A DNA stretch of 36,353 nt, from NCBI GenBank assembly GCA_009908925.1, contig JAAAOH010000125.1, positions 1 to 36,353 on the forward strand. Reading direction: 5' to 3'. A model generated the notes under the pieces. The model was not told where the DNA came from. It searched no databases and saw only the letters and a program-made list of their open reading frames with translations. Shown piece after piece: positions 33,421 to 36,353 of this stretch. A program made the position numbers and the translations under genes. This stretch comes from Spirochaetota bacterium (lineage in GTDB: Bacteria > Spirochaetota > Spirochaetia > DSM-27196 > PWMO01). How positions within the stretch are numbered: the stretch's first letter is position 1; each line of letters starts with the position of its first letter.

Positions 33421-33449
33421 AACTTAGCATGCCCCTCGAGCTTTGTCAA
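33421..33449 (-). promoter_or_regulatory. Sigma70 promoter of the M23-bactofilin-yaaR-PSP1 operon
   Basis: TTGACA-17 nt-TAAGTT with an extended -10 TG. Confidence 0.75.
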
Positions 33450-33470
33450 ACACACCAATAGTGTTCAAAG

Positions 33471-33499
33471 TTGACTAGCGGGCCGGGTCGTGCTATGTT
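33471..33499 (+). promoter_or_regulatory. Sigma70 promoter of tatD
   Basis: TTGACT-17 nt-TATGTT with an extended -10 TG; back-to-back with the M23 promoter. Confidence 0.75.
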
Positions 33500-33550
33500 T
33501 TCGCAAGAACTGGCCTACAAGTTCGATACCCTTTCATCAACGGAAGTACT

Positions 33551-34321
33551 ATGAAACTGTTTGATTCCCACGCCCATATCGGGTTGATTAATGAAGACCC
33601 GATCGAACAGCTTATGATCGTTCAGGAAGCTCGCCAGGCCGGCGTGCAGGGAATTCTGAGCATCTGCAATAATCTGCGGGACTTCTTCCAGGTCTATGAC
33701 AACCTCAAAACGGCCACGCACGTATATCACAGTGTCGGGGTATCACCATCCGAAGTCGTCAATCCCGGCAAGGATTGGGAGATGCAGGTCGAGGAAGGCA
33801 GCAAGCTCGACCGTGTCGTGGCCGTCGGCGAGACAGGCCTGGACTACTATAGAAAATTCGGCAATAAGGATGCGCAGGTCGAGTTGTTCATTCGCCAGCT
33901 CGAGCTCGCGGCAAAGCTGGACCTGCCGGTTGTCATCCATAACCGCGAAGCCGGACAGGACGTGCTGGAAATTCTCACCGATCGCATCCCGGCGCGCGGC
34001 GGCGTTCTGCACTGTTACTCCGAAGACTGGAACTACGCCGAGCAGGCGCTGGAGCTGCCCCTCTATATATCGTTCGCCGGAAACGTGACGTATCGCAATG
34101 CGCGCAATCTCCACGAAACGGCTAAGAATATGCCCCTCGACCGGATCCTCATCGAGTCCGAGAGCCCCTTCATGGTGCCTGCCGCCCATCGGGGCAAGCG
34201 AAACCGGCCCTCCTATCTCGTGGAAACCCTCAAGTTCATTGCGGAACTCCGCGAGCAACCGGAAGAAGAAGTCGCCGAGGCTCTTTACGAGAACTCACGG
34301 AGGCTCTTCAACATAGGCTGA
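33551..34321 (+). CDS. tatD: TatD family hydrolase/DNase
   Basis: FDSHAH, VGETGLDY, IHNRE, LHCYS, LIESESP, RNRP. Confidence 0.92.
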   Translation: MKLFDSHAHIGLINEDPIEQLMIVQEARQAGVQGILSICNNLRDFFQVYDNLKTATHVYHSVGVSPSEVVNPGKDWEMQVEEGSKLDRVVAVGETGLDYYRKFGNKDAQVELFIRQLELAAKLDLPVVIHNREAGQDVLEILTDRIPARGGVLHCYSEDWNYAEQALELPLYISFAGNVTYRNARNLHETAKNMPLDRILIESESPFMVPAAHRGKRNRPSYLVETLKFIAELREQPEEEVAEALYENSRRLFNIG

Positions 34322-34422
34322 CAAGCCGCGCGCTTGACCGCCCCCACGGAAACGAGTACAAACACTCAAAATGCGCACCTCCGACGGCCGTTGCAGCCGT
34401 GGGTAGGACGCGGGGAGTGTGA

Positions 34423-35508
34423 GTGCGAGTCTTCTTCGTCGGAACAACCACAGTTGAGCACGCCCTACTGTGGCGACTATCAGCAAGCCGGCGCATTGCC
34501 GGTCTCTACTGCGCGTCGCCGGGACCGGCCAGACTCGGTCTTGCGAAACTCCTCGCCGGCGGACGAATGAACGTCGGGGAGCTCGCGGCGGCCTGCAACG
34601 CTCACCGCGTTGACCTCGCGATTCTCCGCTCCGGCGATGAGCTAACCTCTGCCCTCTCACACGCGCTCTCGGAGGCGGGCATCACCGTCCTCGGCACAGC
34701 TGAGCTCGATGAGCGGATCGCGCTCGCCGAGGGTATACTCGAGTCGGACGGTCTCATGCAGAAGCCGCGGCCCGGGCCAGCGGGGGCCGTCGGGACAGCC
34801 GAAGGGATCGAGGCACCCGAGCTCTCGGTGTTCGCGCTCACCGACGGTACGACCGCGCGCGTGTTTCCCGCCTGCGAGCGTCACGCGGCAACAGGCAGAC
34901 ATCGGCCGGCAGGCGTTCCTCAGAGCGCGGGCGCCGTGGCACCGGTCCCCTGGGCCGATACCGCCCTCACCGGACGCATCGAGCGCGATATCGTCAATAG
35001 AACGGTCGAGACCCTCGGGTCGGCCGGCTTTCTCCACCGGGGTATCATCCGCTTCACTGTGAGAGTCTCCGCCGACGGGCCTCTCGTTGAGTGCGTGCGT
35101 TTCGGACTCTCAGAGCCCGAAACGTCGGTGCTTATGCCACTTCTCGACATCGACCTCGGGACGGTACTCGAGGCAGTCGTCGAGGGCAAGCTGAGCTCAG
35201 TGCCCTTCAGCTTCCGCAACGGCTCTGCGATCGCAATAGTCCTGACCAATGACACGGAGGTATCTCTCCCGATTGCGAAGCCGGTTGTTGCAGTCCCGGG
35301 GTTCGAGGCTCGTGATACCATCGTGTTTCTCGCTGAGCACGAGGGGGGACCGCGGTCTCTGACTGTCCCGCCCGGGGGCTCACTTACGGCCGTAGGTATA
35401 GGCCGGGATGCCCTCCGCGCGCGCGACCGCGCCATGCGGCTTGCCGGCGAGTTGTCAGAATCGGGATTCTCTTTCAGTAAAGAAGTCGGACAGGATATGT
35501 TTCGCTGA
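34423..35508 (+). CDS. Degenerate phosphoribosylamine--glycine ligase (PurD)-like protein
   Basis: Collinear with PurD (EHALLW, ELSVFALTDG, GAVAPVP, GP.V....GLSEPET). The ATP-grasp lid and the catalytic motifs are missing. Confidence 0.75.
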   Translation: MRVFFVGTTTVEHALLWRLSASRRIAGLYCASPGPARLGLAKLLAGGRMNVGELAAACNAHRVDLAILRSGDELTSALSHALSEAGITVLGTAELDERIALAEGILESDGLMQKPRPGPAGAVGTAEGIEAPELSVFALTDGTTARVFPACERHAATGRHRPAGVPQSAGAVAPVPWADTALTGRIERDIVNRTVETLGSAGFLHRGIIRFTVRVSADGPLVECVRFGLSEPETSVLMPLLDIDLGTVLEAVVEGKLSSVPFSFRNGSAIAIVLTNDTEVSLPIAKPVVAVPGFEARDTIVFLAEHEGGPRSLTVPPGGSLTAVGIGRDALRARDRAMRLAGELSESGFSFSKEVGQDMFR

Positions 35509-35529
35509 CATCTTCCCGTTTCGCCGCGA

Positions 35530-36353
35530 CTATCCGTCTCGCCGGCGCATTTCGTACATCAGGATGCCCGCCGCGACGGATACATTGAGGGAATCGACGT
35601 GACCACGGGTGGGTATGGAGACGAGCTCGTCACACCGCTCGCGCACAAGGCGGCTGAGGCCCTCTCCTTCGCTCCCGAGCACCAGTGCGACACGACCGGT
35701 AAGGTTCAACGAGGACACAGCAGTGCCGTCCGTGGCTGCACCGTAGACCCAGAAATCGGCGTCCTGCAACCGGTCAAGCGCCTGGGCGATGTTGGAAACC
35801 GTGAGACGGGGCACGTAGGCCGCGGCACCGGCAGAGGTTCTGGTGAGAGTCGCCGTGTCGGGGGCCGCTCGCCGTTCCCGGCTGATGACGAGGTCCGCAC
35901 CGAACTGATCGGCGCTGCGCAGTATCGCACCGACATTGTGCGGATCGGTGATACCATCGAGCACGACGGCCAGGGAGACCGTTGCCTCGAGCGTCGTCAG
36001 AAAGCCCTCGAGCGTCTTCGGGCTTCCTTTTGGGGCCGCGGTGCCGACCAACACCGCTCCGCGGGCCTCCCCGCCGCCGAGACGGGCGAGGTCGTCTGGA
36101 CCGACGTGCTCAACGGGCAGCCCCCGCTCGCGTGCCTGCTCCTCGATGTCACGTGCTTTCCTGTTCCGGCCCGCAATGTAGACCGTTCCCGAAAGGCGTG
36201 AGCTTCTGAGCGCCTCGAACACCGCGTGATAGCCGGAGTAGACGCTTCGCCCCCCACCGCCGGCTCCGGCTCCGGCTCCCGCTGCGGCTCCCGTTGCGGC
36301 TCCGGCTCCGGCGTCGCTGCCGGCGCCGTGGTCAGCGGGGCTGCTGCCGCCCG
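35530..36353 (-). CDS. rlmB: 23S rRNA (Gm2251) methyltransferase RlmB / TrmH family; 5' end runs off the window
   Basis: LDGITDPHNVGAILRSA, SAGA, VLGSEGEG, SLNVSVAAG. The frame stays open upstream of 36222 through YSGYHAVFEAL (the usual RlmB N-terminal motif) to the window edge. Confidence 0.92.
   Translation of the reverse strand, partial: GGSSPADHGAGSDAGAGAATGAAAGAGAGAGGGGRSVYSGYHAVFEALRSSRLSGTVYIAGRNRKARDIEEQARERGLPVEHVGPDDLARLGGGEARGAVLVGTAAPKGSPKTLEGFLTTLEATVSLAVVLDGITDPHNVGAILRSADQFGADLVISRERRAAPDTATLTRTSAGAAAYVPRLTVSNIAQALDRLQDADFWVYGAATDGTAVSSLNLTGRVALVLGSEGEGLSRLVRERCDELVSIPTRGHVDSLNVSVAAGILMYEMRRRDG
36260..36312 (-). repeat. Imperfect GGAGCC hexamer repeat encoding (Gly-Ala)n in the RlmB N-terminal extension
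   Basis: ccggctccggctccggctcccgctgcggctcccgttgcggctccggctccgg on the + strand. Confidence 0.7.

Noticed and set aside
33362-33430. ORF-track N-terminal extensions of M23 (33430), photolyase (3080), clpA (11788) and lnt (17149)
   Set aside because: They overlap promoters or neighbouring genes; the downstream starts have better RBS, promoter and homology support.
34334-34362. TTGACC-17-TACAAA upstream of the PurD-like gene, and a possible purine/ZTP riboswitch in the gap
   Set aside because: The -10 box lacks the conserved final T, and no riboswitch consensus is recognisable in the ~100 nt gap.
1-36353. Very frequent CTCGAG/GAGCTC/TCGA palindromes
   Set aside because: Explained by the preferred codons CTC (Leu), GAG (Glu), GTC/ATC and GAC in adjacent positions; no periodic array is visible.
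1-36353. Mobile elements, prophage, defence systems, tRNA/rRNA
   Set aside because: No transposase, integrase, nuclease-effector, methylase, cas or structural RNA signatures were found; nearly all sequence is accounted for by housekeeping-type genes.

Overview
GC-rich (roughly 64% by eye), gene-dense window that looks like core chromosome of a free-living spirochaete (Spirochaetia). The assignment rests on gene content and order: alpha2-type glyQS-gltX next to an HD-GYP gene; rpsT-hup-lnt...rho-rpmE; surE-TPR-TPR/NHL; and M23-bactofilin-YaaR-PSP1. These arrangements match what I recall for Borrelia/Treponema. About 32 CDS can be supported. They cover tRNA ligases, the clpS-clpA-aat N-degron locus, two Lnt paralogues, a heterodimeric ABC exporter, two bactofilins, Rho, TatD and RlmB. 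I see no rRNA, tRNA, CRISPR, transposase, integrase or phage genes. The best leads are: (1) a sub-operon with its own promoter encoding a REC protein with a degenerate HisKA-like tail, a stand-alone adenylate-cyclase-tail-like mini-TPR and a bactofilin; (2) intact ORFs with degenerate active sites (PurD-like, GalK-like, HD-GYP, M23); (3) Rho with a ~225 aa disordered N-terminus; (4) loss of zinc-binding cysteines in GlyRS, GluRS and L31; (5) apparent leaderless genes; (6) two long structured non-coding regions. All calls come from motif recognition by eye; no database search was run.
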